A DNA stretch of 64,000 nucleotides, taken from the NCBI GenBank assembly GCA_036676985.1, contig JAKFBU010000073.1:96001-160000 (forward strand). The letters are read 5' to 3'. The DNA comes from Candidatus Sericytochromatia bacterium (GTDB lineage: Bacteria > Cyanobacteriota > Sericytochromatia > S15B-MN24 > UBA4093). Both the position numbers and the translations under genes were made by a program. Under the pieces are notes generated by a model that saw only the letters and a list, made by a program, of their open reading frames with translations, had not been told where the DNA came from and ran no database searches. Below are positions 1-8,383 of this stretch, in pieces. Positions within the stretch are counted from its first letter, which is position 1; each line of letters opens with the position of its first letter.

Positions 1-269
1 CGGAAGGGCTCGTCCACGCTCAGATCGACCATGAGCACCAGGACCAGGGGAGCCGAGGCCACGGCCCCGGTGTCGTAGGCAGCCCGGCGTACGACGTCCA
101 GGCCGTCCTCTTCCTGCACGACGATCACGCGGACGTGCGAGAGGTTGCAGGCCGCTGGCGACAGGCGGGCGGCCTCGAGCATGGCCTCGACGTACTCGCG
201 ATCGACCGAGCGAGGCTGGAACTTGCGGGTGCTGTGGCGGTTGGCGATCGCGCCGAGAATGGTGGGCAT
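1..269 (-). CDS. Nitroreductase family protein (5' part; runs off the window edge)
   Basis: Not in ORF track. Manual translation MPTILGAIANRHSTRKFQPRSVDREYVEAMLEAARLSPAACNLSHVRVIVV matches the nitroreductase RxSxRxF...LEAARxAPS-N pattern; SD GGAGG upstream. Confidence 0.85.
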   Translation of the reverse strand, partial: MPTILGAIANRHSTRKFQPRSVDREYVEAMLEAARLSPAACNLSHVRVIVVQEEDGLDVVRRAAYDTGAVASAPLVLVLMVDLSVDEPF

Positions 270-309
270 GGGACCTCCTGGGCGGGCCCCGGGCCGTGTG
301 CCCGGAAGG

Positions 310-1158
310 CTAGCCGGAAAAAGCAGCCAGGTTCTCCGAGATGAACTGATCCAACGAACGAGCGGGCTTGTGGATGACCTCCGCGACCGAGGCGGTGGGC
401 GCGGGGGATTCGGTGGTGCGGGCCGCGGCGAACATGGCGGCGATGTCGAGCGCCATCGGGCCCGGCAGGCCGAGCTCCGCAAAGACGTCCGGTCCGTTCT
501 CGGGTGGCACGTCCTCGAAGCGCACCGGACGCTCGAGGGCCACGGAGAACCGATCGGCGATGGCCGCGCACGACAGCGCCTCGGGCCCCGTGAGCTCGTA
601 GGTGCGGCCCTCGTGGCCAGGCGCGGTCAGGACGGCGACCGCGACCTCCGCCACGTCGCGCAGGTCCACGTAGGGGATGGCGCCGTCGCCCGCCGGAGCA
701 CAGAAAGCCCCCCGCGACTTGATCCCCGGTGCGAAGACCATGAGGAAGTTCTGCATCAGGAAGCGCGGCCGCAGGATCGTGAAGGGCACCCCCGACTCCC
801 GGACGGCCGATTCGAGCTGCCAGTTCCACCGGGCCTGGACGAGAGGGGAGTCCGCGGCCGCCCCGAAGTTCGAGATCTTGACGATGCGCTCGATGCCCGA
901 CCCACAGGAGGCATGGATGGCGTTCAGCTGGAGGGTGAGCTGGGCCAGGGTGCCGGGGGCCGAGCAGTAGAGGGCTCGGACATCCTTGAAGATGGCGCTC
1001 CAGTCCTCCGGCTCCCGGGTCACGACCTCGACGTCCATGCCGAAGGCGGCAGGGTTGGGCAACCCGGGCGCCAGGACCCGCACGGGGATCGCCCTCGCGC
1101 GCAGCTGCGTGATGACGGCCTTGGAAATCCGACCGGTGGCTCCCACGATGAGGATCAT
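310..1158 (-). CDS. NmrA/atypical SDR family NAD(P)-binding protein
   Basis: MILIVGATGRIS Rossmann start, TILRPxxxMQN, YVDLRDVAEVA, YELTGPEALS motifs. Confidence 0.85.
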   Translation of the reverse strand: MILIVGATGRISKAVITQLRARAIPVRVLAPGLPNPAAFGMDVEVVTREPEDWSAIFKDVRALYCSAPGTLAQLTLQLNAIHASCGSGIERIVKISNFGAAADSPLVQARWNWQLESAVRESGVPFTILRPRFLMQNFLMVFAPGIKSRGAFCAPAGDGAIPYVDLRDVAEVAVAVLTAPGHEGRTYELTGPEALSCAAIADRFSVALERPVRFEDVPPENGPDVFAELGLPGPMALDIAAMFAAARTTESPAPTASVAEVIHKPARSLDQFISENLAAFSG

Positions 1159-1306
1159 GCGTCCCTCTTTCCGGATGGCAACGAAAACGGGCACGATTCG
1201 AGCATCTTAGATCCAGATTAGCCATGTACCTCGGACTAGCCATCCGTATCTATTACGAAGCCGACATAAGAGAACGCTAATCACCGGCTTTAAGTAACAA
1301 TCAGAA

Positions 1307-1344
1307 CAAAGTCCCCCTCGATTCGCGAATCGAGGGGGACTTTG
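1307..1344. terminator. Perfect 38-bp palindrome, probable terminator of the arsR-SRPBCC operon
   Basis: CAAAGTCCCCCTCGATTCG/CGAATCGAGGGGGACTTTG, about 20 bp past the SRPBCC stop. Confidence 0.7.
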
Positions 1345-1363
1345 GTAAAAAAGCGGAAAGCGG

Positions 1364-1903
1364 CTACTGCCCGAGGCTCCAGGACGGATAAGCGTGCTTG
1401 ACCTCGTCGTAGCGTTGCATCCAGTTCGGCAAGGTCTCTTTGGAGAGCTGGGCGCCCAGGCGATCGAGGAAGGAGTGCGTCCCCGGCGCGAAGCCGAGCG
1501 CCGTGCCGCGCGAGAGTCGGCTGTGGGTCAAGGTGAGCCGGGTGCCGCCCTCGATGGGCTCGAGCTCCCAGCGCACCACCGAGCGCTCGCCCTGCGGGAC
1601 GTGCTCATGGGGCTCCAGGTTCCACTCGTAGGAGTAGAGGGTGTAGGGCTCCCAGGCGAGGATCTGGCCGGTCCACTCGAAGCGCGCCGGGCCGCTCGTC
1701 ATCTTGACGCTGCCGCCCGGACGGCCGTCGATGACCGCCTGGGTCATGAACCAGCTCGCGAGCTGCGCGGGATCCGTCAGGGCCGACCAGACGGCCTCCG
1801 GGGGATGGGGATAGGTGCGCACGAAGTGCAGGGTGGCCTGATCGCCGTCGAAGGCGACCTCTCCCGCCGGGGTGGGCAGGCTGTCACGGGTAGGCTGGGT
1901 CAC
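1364..1903 (-). CDS. SRPBCC/AHSA1 (START-like) domain protein
   Basis: RTYPHPPEAVWSALTDPAQLASWF, DGRPGG, GTRLTLTH motifs; GTG start with AGGAG SD; follows ArsR gene. Confidence 0.85.
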   Translation of the reverse strand: MTQPTRDSLPTPAGEVAFDGDQATLHFVRTYPHPPEAVWSALTDPAQLASWFMTQAVIDGRPGGSVKMTSGPARFEWTGQILAWEPYTLYSYEWNLEPHEHVPQGERSVVRWELEPIEGGTRLTLTHSRLSRGTALGFAPGTHSFLDRLGAQLSKETLPNWMQRYDEVKHAYPSWSLGQ

Positions 1904-1907
1904 GGGT

Positions 1908-2231
1908 CTAGCTCCTGTCGTCTCTGGGGTATCGGGCATCCAGGTGGGTGCCAAGGGCGTCGAGGCTCCGGGTCCAAAGGGCCTGGTAGCGCTCGATCCA
2001 GGCCGTCACCTCGGCGAAGGCCGCGGGCTGCAACGAATAGATCCGCCGCTGGGCATCGACGCGCGCCCGGATCAGGCCCGCCTCGCGCAGCACCCGGAGG
2101 TGCCGAGAGATGGCGGGCTGACTGAGGGCCGGAAACGCCTCCACCAGCTCACCGGCGGCGCGATCGCCGTCCAGGAGCAGGTCGAGGACGCGCCGGCGCG
2201 TCGGATCCGCAAGGGCGGCGTAGACGTCCAC
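1908..2231 (-). CDS. ArsR/SmtB family transcriptional regulator
   Basis: ALADPTRRRVLDLL...SQPAISRHLRVLREAGLI HTH signature. Confidence 0.9.
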   Translation of the reverse strand: MDVYAALADPTRRRVLDLLLDGDRAAGELVEAFPALSQPAISRHLRVLREAGLIRARVDAQRRIYSLQPAAFAEVTAWIERYQALWTRSLDALGTHLDARYPRDDRS

Positions 2232-2241
2232 GAAGCCTCCT

Positions 2242-2255
2242 TAACCGATCAGTTA
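2242..2255. promoter_or_regulatory. Probable ArsR autoregulatory operator overlapping a sigma70-type promoter
   Basis: Imperfect palindrome TAACCGATCAGTTA next to the arsR SD; TTGATC-N18-TATATA on the minus strand. Confidence 0.5.
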
Positions 2256-2384
2256 TATAACACGAACGTGATACACCGATCAAGCGGTGGTTCGCAGGAC
2301 ACAGGCAGTCAGTCGGCGGTCATGGTAACGTGCAAGCACGATGCCCCCTGCGGCCCCCCGGCCGGACGATCAGAAGGATCCGAG

Positions 2385-3398
2385 ATGCGCGCATTCGTCC
2401 TCTCACGCTACGGTGGCCCCGAGGGCGCCGACCTCCGCGAGGTGCCCGTCCCCCAGCCCCGACCCCACGAGCTCCAGATCAAGGTGCATGCGGCGGGCCT
2501 CAACCCGGTCGATTACAAGTTCCGCGAAGGCAAGCTGAAAGTCCTCTACCGGCCCTCCTTTCCCGTGATCCTGGGCAACGAGCTGTCCGGGACGGTCATG
2601 GCCATGGGCCGCGAGGTCCGCGGCTTCGAGGTGGGCGATCGAGTCTTCACGCGGGTCGACAAGTTCGCCATGGGCGCGTTTGCCGAGGTCGCCTGCATCG
2701 ACGCGGGCCTGGTCGCCAAGGTGCCCGCGTCCCTCGAGCTCACGGCGGCGGCGGGCGTGCCGCTCGCCGCCCTCACGGCCCTGCAGTGCCTGCGCGACGA
2801 GCTGAACGTGCAGCCGCGCTTCCGCCTCTTCATCTCCGGAGGGGCCGGTGGCGTCGGCACCTTCGCCATCCAGCTCGCCAAGCATCTGGGCGCGCACGTC
2901 ACGACGACGGCCTCTCCGCGCGGCGAGGCCCTGGTCCGGCGGCTCGGCGCCGACGAGGTCGTGGACTACACGCAGGCGCGCTTCTGGGACGTCCTGAAGG
3001 ACATGGACGGGGCCCTGGACCTGGTGGGGGGAGAGACGCTCGAGCGGTCGTTCGAGGTCGTCAAGCGCGGCGGCAAGGTCGTCTCGGTCGCGGGCCTGCC
3101 CGAGCCGGAGACGGCGCGCCGGGACCTGCAAGCGGGCGGGGGGCTGGCCGCCCTCTTCTGGCTCGCGAGCCTGCAGACCCGCATGGTTGGCCGGAAGCAC
3201 GGCGTCACCTACCGCTACAAGTTCATGCTGCCGAGCGGCACGGACCTCGCCCTGCTCGCGGACCTCCTCTCGGACGGTCGGCTCGACGTCGTGGTGGACC
3301 GGGTCTTTCCCCTGTCGCAGATCGACCAGGCCTTTGCCTACCTGGAGTCGGGTCGCGCCAAGGGCAAGGTCATCGTGAGCCTCGGTGAAACGCCCTAG
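2385..3398 (+). CDS. NADP-dependent oxidoreductase (MDR/quinone oxidoreductase-like)
   Basis: AAGLNPVDYK, GGAGGVGTFAIQLAK, GRAKGKVIV motifs. Confidence 0.9.
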   Translation: MRAFVLSRYGGPEGADLREVPVPQPRPHELQIKVHAAGLNPVDYKFREGKLKVLYRPSFPVILGNELSGTVMAMGREVRGFEVGDRVFTRVDKFAMGAFAEVACIDAGLVAKVPASLELTAAAGVPLAALTALQCLRDELNVQPRFRLFISGGAGGVGTFAIQLAKHLGAHVTTTASPRGEALVRRLGADEVVDYTQARFWDVLKDMDGALDLVGGETLERSFEVVKRGGKVVSVAGLPEPETARRDLQAGGGLAALFWLASLQTRMVGRKHGVTYRYKFMLPSGTDLALLADLLSDGRLDVVVDRVFPLSQIDQAFAYLESGRAKGKVIVSLGETP

Positions 3399-3582
3399 CA
3401 CGAGCCGCCGGGCCCGCCGACAGGTTCGCCCTGAAGGCGGGATGCCGAGCGGAAACGCACGAAACTAACGGCCAAGGCCCAAGCATCACGTTTACCTCAC
3501 CCAAGCCTAACGGCCTCTCACGCAAGCGATGGCTGGTTGTTTGTTAAATTAAAATTAGCCAATCGTTTTTGGGAGGTTATGT

Positions 3583-4698
3583 TTGAAGAAGTTCGTACTC
3601 GCGTCCCTGGTCCTGTCGATCGTGGCGGGCTGCGGCCAGATCCAGCCGACGGCCTACTCGACCCGCTCGCTCGACGATGCCACCGTCGTCCGCGACATGG
3701 GCTTCAAGGGCGGCAAGACGCTCGCCCTCAACCTCTCGGTCCCCCAGGAAGCCCTGCGCGGCATCCAGGCGGTCTCCGACTTCAAGGGTTGGACGGCCAA
3801 GGACATCTACCAGTACGACCTTACGCTCAGCGACGTGACGACGTCGACCGCCAAGACCCTGGCGACCTTCTCGGTCGTTTGCAAGGAAGGCAAGGCCAAG
3901 GCCCTCTTCACGAACTTGAAGCCCGGCCTCAAGTACCAGATCAAGGTCGTCGCGAAGGGTAACAAGGGCGGCACGGCGGCCACGTCGGTGCTCAACACCC
4001 AGACGCCTGCCGTCGGCAACCTGGACCTGACGGAGACCGCCCCGGACAGCGGCGCCATCGAGGTGACGACGAGCATCGTCGTCCAGTTGGACGGCGCCTA
4101 CGAGCGCACGGGCTCGGTGAGCCTGGTGCCCCTCGACGGCAACACCATCTCCGATGCCGCCGAGGTCGGCTTCGGAGAATGCGGCGACTGCGAGGACAAC
4201 CGCATCACCGGCGGCACCACCACCTACGACTCGACGCTGGTGGACGGCGACGTGTTCAGCACCGACGCCTCGACGAACAGCTGGACCAACAAGAACAACG
4301 GCTGGGCCTGGATCCAGCATGACCTGGACGGCGTCTACGAGATCTCGAAGATCCGGGTGCGCCACGCCTACTCGGACCTCCGCTACGCGCCCTGCACGGA
4401 CATCTACCTGAAGGTCCGCAACCTCGACGGCGAGTGGGTGACGGTCGATCACCTCCAGAACACCAACCTCAACTTCTACACCAAGACGCTGACGACTCCC
4501 ATCAAGGCCACGGCGTTCCGCCTGGTCATGACCGACCTGAACGGCTGGTTCTCGGCCACGGGCCTCTCGCTCCACGGCGTCGCCGGCTCGCAGGCCGACA
4601 ACGAGCAGGCCGAGAAGGTGAAGAAGGAGCACGACGACAACGGCCACGGCAACGACCCGGGCCACTTCGACCCCTCGAACCCCGGCAAGAACTGGTAA
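3583..4698 (+). CDS. Lipoprotein with beta-sandwich and discoidin (F5/8 type C)-like domains
   Basis: Lipobox IVAGC; FTNLKPGLKYQIKVVA (FN3-like); WIQHDLDGVYEISKIRV (discoidin-like); SD GGGAGG. Confidence 0.7.
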   Translation: MKKFVLASLVLSIVAGCGQIQPTAYSTRSLDDATVVRDMGFKGGKTLALNLSVPQEALRGIQAVSDFKGWTAKDIYQYDLTLSDVTTSTAKTLATFSVVCKEGKAKALFTNLKPGLKYQIKVVAKGNKGGTAATSVLNTQTPAVGNLDLTETAPDSGAIEVTTSIVVQLDGAYERTGSVSLVPLDGNTISDAAEVGFGECGDCEDNRITGGTTTYDSTLVDGDVFSTDASTNSWTNKNNGWAWIQHDLDGVYEISKIRVRHAYSDLRYAPCTDIYLKVRNLDGEWVTVDHLQNTNLNFYTKTLTTPIKATAFRLVMTDLNGWFSATGLSLHGVAGSQADNEQAEKVKKEHDDNGHGNDPGHFDPSNPGKNW

Positions 4699-4713
4699 TT
4701 CAATCAACGACCG

Positions 4714-4745
4714 TCAGGGCCGCCTTCGAACGAAGGCGGCCCTGA
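4714..4745 (+). terminator. Intrinsic terminator
   Basis: TCAGGGCCGCCTTCG-AA-CGAAGGCGGCCCTGA followed by GTCTTT. Confidence 0.75.
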
Positions 4746-4790
4746 GTCTTTGAACAACCAGTGCCCCGCAACCGCCCGAGCGGACGACGG

Positions 4791-4898
4791 TGGACCCCCG
4801 CTTTCGCGAGGGTGACGGGAGTGCCGAATCGTGAGTAAGTGAATGCACTTTTCGGCAGCCAGTAGCGGCTACGTCACCCTCGCGAAAGCGGGGGTCCA
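4791..4898. repeat. Inverted pair of 27-bp CGTC-type REP-like palindromes
   Basis: TGGACCCCCGCTTTCGCGAGGGTGACG (4791-4817) is the exact reverse complement of CGTCACCCTCGCGAAAGCGGGGGTCCA (4872-4898). Confidence 0.8.
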
Positions 4899-4924
4899 GT
4901 ACGGGGCCCTCGGGCAGAGAATCA

Positions 4925-7357
4925 TCAGGGCAGGTCGTCGCTCACCAGGGCCCGACGGGCCGCGAACCCGTAGCGCGCCACGACCATCAGGGCCTGCTGG
5001 TCGTAGGACGGGGTCCGGGCGAACTGCAGCGATGCCCCGACCTGCCACCGATCGCCGAGCAGATAGGCGGCCTTTAGCTCGCCGTCGACGCCCCAGGTCC
5101 ACTGGGCGCTGCCCTCGTACACGCGACCTTCCGGCGACAGCGGGAAATAGGGCGCGGCATCCAGCTGGTGATACGACGGCCCCGTGCCCACGTGCATGGA
5201 GAGCATCCACGGCTCGGACTCGGGCGTCCGGGCATCCCAGGTGAGCTGAGACCCGGCCGCGAGCTGGGGGCTGTAGTAGCCTCCATGGCCCACCGTGAAG
5301 TGACCGAGGTTCAGCTGGTAGCGCTCGTAACTGGCTTGCAGTCCCAGCACCCCGAAGTCCAGGTGCGGCAGCCTCAGATCTCGTTGCAGTCCCACCTCGA
5401 GGCGCCCCTGCTGGTTCGGCGCCACCCGCTCACCCTGCAACCGAGCGACGAGACCGCCAAGCTGTAACTGGTAGTCGCCTCCCAGCGACAGGCGCTGGGA
5501 ACCCGTGAAGCCGTAGCGATAGGCCCGCCCCCATCCCTCCCCGCCGTAGGGATCGGGCATTCCCAGCCATGACAGGGCCGAGTCCTGGACGGGCAGGGCG
5601 AAGGCCGATAGGCCGACGGGCCCCCAGGGTGCATCCGCCTGCACGCCGAGCCGCATGGTCGGTAGCGGTGCGAGCGTGGTGCCGACCGGAGCGAGGCCCA
5701 GCACCGCGTCGTACTGCGCCCCATCGGCATAGGAGACGTGCAGCCGGGGCTCGAACCAGGCATAGGCCGGCTGCAGCGTCGCGACCGTGCCGTCATCAGG
5801 AAAGCTGCCGACGGCCGCGGCCCCGACCAGGGTTCCCCCGTCGATCTGGAGGCGGTCGATCTGCAGGCGGAGACGCGCCAGGCCACCGGGGGCGATCGCC
5901 ACGTCCGCAGCCGGCACCGCCCAACCCGTCAGCGCCGAGGTGCCGGCATCCCCCGAGCGGCGCCAGATCCGTCCGCCAGCGCCCAGTGTCGGGCCGTCGA
6001 GGCCCTGGAGCGACGGATAGTCCTCCGGCGCGAGCCTCCGGGCCGTGAGGAACTGCTTCTGGTAGTAGCGTCCCTGGGCCGCGTGGCGGCGGAAGAGAGG
6101 CACGAGCTGGGGCATGCTCGGGTCGAGCGAGGAGAGCCTGTCGGCCTTGAGATGGCTGTAGAACAGGCCGGACGCCGTCTCGTCTCCTGGCGAGGCGACA
6201 AAGGCCCGGACGAAGGCCTCGGCCGACTGGGGAAACGACCCGCGGTGGTACATGGCCCAGGCCCGCTCGGAGAGCTGGCTCTCGCTCAATGGCACCATAC
6301 GTTCGAGCTCGTCCAGCAGCGCCAACGCGTCCTCGTAGAGCTGGTCCTCATAGGCCTGGTGGGCTCGACGTCCCACGAGGGTCGCAAGCAGCCTCCGCGG
6401 GCCCTCTTGAGACAACCGGGCCTTGCGGGCCCACCGCTCGGCTGCCGCGGCATCCGAGAGCTCGCTCGCGACGATCGCCAGTCCGTAGGCGGCATCCGGA
6501 TTCTCGGGCCGCCACTGGGCGACCCGCTCGAACCACGCGCGCGCCGCGGGCAGGTCGCGGCGGTTCAGGGCGAGCCACCCCAGACCGAGCCCCTGGGGGA
6601 CGTCTTGCCGCGCGAGGATATGGGGCGCGAGCTCTCGACTCAGGCGATCGGCGCGATCGCGCTCTCCCGCCTGGAGGGCAGCGGCCAAGGCGCCGCAGGC
6701 CGACTCGTACCAGAGGCGACCGAGGTGCGCGACCTCCGCGCGATCGCGCGCCGCCTTCAGGGCGAGTTGCAGACAGGCCAGGTAGTCGTCCGTCGCGAGC
6801 CATGCCCTGGCCTTGTGCAGCGTGGCCGCGCGCTCCGCCCGCGTGAGGGGCGCGGCGAGCATGTCCTTCAAGAGGCGCCGCACCCGGGACGCCTCCTTGA
6901 GGCGATGGTGGGCCTTCGCCAAGGCCCACAGGCGATCGACGTGGCGCGGGCGGAACTGGTCGGGGTGGCGACGGGCGAAGGCGATCAGCGCACGCGGGTC
7001 GTCCTTTTCGAGGACGGCCTGTAGCTCGGCCCCCAGGCGGCGGGCCCGCATCTCCTGGACCAGGTCTCGAGACGGTCGCCAGCCCTCATGCGCCCGCCTC
7101 AGTCGCGTGTAGAGGCGCTGGGCTTGCGCGAGCCGCCCGGCATGCAGCAGGCGCCAGAGGGGCCCCTCATCCGGAGCGGCGACCGATGGCCGTGAAGCGG
7201 ACGGGGAGAGCGTCTCCGGCAGCGCGGGGCCGATGGGCGCAAAGGAAGCCGAGGCGCCCGGCAAGGCCCCGATCAGCACGTGCTCGGCGGCCATGGCCCC
7301 ATGCGGAGCCATGCTCACGGTCGCGGCGACGACGACGGACAGCCAGCGAGCGCTCAT
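4925..7357 (-). CDS. bcsC: Cellulose synthase outer-membrane export protein (TPR + C-terminal beta-barrel)
   Basis: Signal peptide, TPR-like helices, DSALSWLG and FTVGHGGYYSPQ BcsC C-terminal motifs; last gene of the bcs operon. Confidence 0.85.
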   Translation of the reverse strand: MSARWLSVVVAATVSMAPHGAMAAEHVLIGALPGASASFAPIGPALPETLSPSASRPSVAAPDEGPLWRLLHAGRLAQAQRLYTRLRRAHEGWRPSRDLVQEMRARRLGAELQAVLEKDDPRALIAFARRHPDQFRPRHVDRLWALAKAHHRLKEASRVRRLLKDMLAAPLTRAERAATLHKARAWLATDDYLACLQLALKAARDRAEVAHLGRLWYESACGALAAALQAGERDRADRLSRELAPHILARQDVPQGLGLGWLALNRRDLPAARAWFERVAQWRPENPDAAYGLAIVASELSDAAAAERWARKARLSQEGPRRLLATLVGRRAHQAYEDQLYEDALALLDELERMVPLSESQLSERAWAMYHRGSFPQSAEAFVRAFVASPGDETASGLFYSHLKADRLSSLDPSMPQLVPLFRRHAAQGRYYQKQFLTARRLAPEDYPSLQGLDGPTLGAGGRIWRRSGDAGTSALTGWAVPAADVAIAPGGLARLRLQIDRLQIDGGTLVGAAAVGSFPDDGTVATLQPAYAWFEPRLHVSYADGAQYDAVLGLAPVGTTLAPLPTMRLGVQADAPWGPVGLSAFALPVQDSALSWLGMPDPYGGEGWGRAYRYGFTGSQRLSLGGDYQLQLGGLVARLQGERVAPNQQGRLEVGLQRDLRLPHLDFGVLGLQASYERYQLNLGHFTVGHGGYYSPQLAAGSQLTWDARTPESEPWMLSMHVGTGPSYHQLDAAPYFPLSPEGRVYEGSAQWTWGVDGELKAAYLLGDRWQVGASLQFARTPSYDQQALMVVARYGFAARRALVSDDLP

Positions 7358-7363
7358 CGCCTC

Positions 7364-8383
7364 CTACCAGCTCGGATCGCCGATCGCGCGCGCGAAGAGC
7401 TGCAGGGTGGCCGAATAGTAGTCGGGCCCGAGCTCCGCCAGGGGCGTCCGCCTCGGCAGGGCCGGGTGAGCGAGCGTGGCCTGGGCGATCGCCTGGATGC
7501 CCGGCGAGGCGTGGTAGCTGTCGACCGAGTTCTCGACCACGTCCGTCCAGGCCGGCAGGAACGAGGCCGGGCGGAAGTAGCGCCAGTAGCCCTGGAAGGG
7601 CGAGAGGAGATCGGGCTCGGGGTTGCCCGCCCAGAGGAGGTACAGGGGGATGCGCACCGCGTTGTAGCCGAAGCGGGGCTTGAAGCCCGCAGCAGGGACG
7701 GGCGGGGCGGCGAGCAGCAGCCAGTCGGTGGGGAGGCTCCAGCGCCCGAAGCGCGCCTCCTTCAGGAGCGCCCGACCGGAGACGTCGAGCTCCGCCCACT
7801 CTGGCCGGGAGTCCCGGCGCTGGAAGTACCGGAACGCCGGGAACACCCAGTAGGAGAGGTTGAGCGTGAGACCGTCCGTCGACTCGAAGCCGTAGGCCCC
7901 CGGCAAAAGCAGCGCCCGGCCGTTCGAGCGGCGCACGAGCCGATCCAGGACGTCCCCCGTGATCCGGCGGCTCTCCGCCTGCCACTGGGGCTCCTTCCAG
8001 CGCTCGGCCGCGCGGGAGAGGGCCCAGGCGATGAGCAGATCCCCGTCGGTGGCGTTGTTGGTGTCCGCCACCCCGGCCTCGGGCGTCCACTTCCACGCGA
8101 ACAGGGCGTCCTGGCGAACCTGGAGGTGGGCCTTGGTCCATTGCCACAAGGACGTGAAGGCCGTGCGATCGCCGTAGTGGGTCGCGAGCAGCATGCCCGC
8201 CCCCTGGCCCTCCGAGTGGCTGATGGCCTGGTTTCCGGTGTCGATGACCCGGCCCTCGGCGCTCACGAAGCGCTCCTTGAAGGCCCCCCACGGGTCGAAG
8301 GCCGCGGGAGTTGGGGGAGCCTTGGGGGCCATGGCCGCCAGGACCAGCGCGCTAACCGCGAGCGTCTTGAACGCCATCGCCAT
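7364..8383 (-). CDS. bcsZ: Endo-1,4-beta-glucanase, GH8
   Basis: SHSEGQG, NNATDGDLLIAWAL, LNLSYW, FGYNAVRIPLYL GH8 motifs. Confidence 0.92.
   Translation of the reverse strand: MAMAFKTLAVSALVLAAMAPKAPPTPAAFDPWGAFKERFVSAEGRVIDTGNQAISHSEGQGAGMLLATHYGDRTAFTSLWQWTKAHLQVRQDALFAWKWTPEAGVADTNNATDGDLLIAWALSRAAERWKEPQWQAESRRITGDVLDRLVRRSNGRALLLPGAYGFESTDGLTLNLSYWVFPAFRYFQRRDSRPEWAELDVSGRALLKEARFGRWSLPTDWLLLAAPPVPAAGFKPRFGYNAVRIPLYLLWAGNPEPDLLSPFQGYWRYFRPASFLPAWTDVVENSVDSYHASPGIQAIAQATLAHPALPRRTPLAELGPDYYSATLQLFARAIGDPSW

Noticed and set aside
1219-1243. TAGCCAT direct repeat upstream of the NmrA-like gene
   Set aside because: Only two 7-mers; insufficient to call a binding site.
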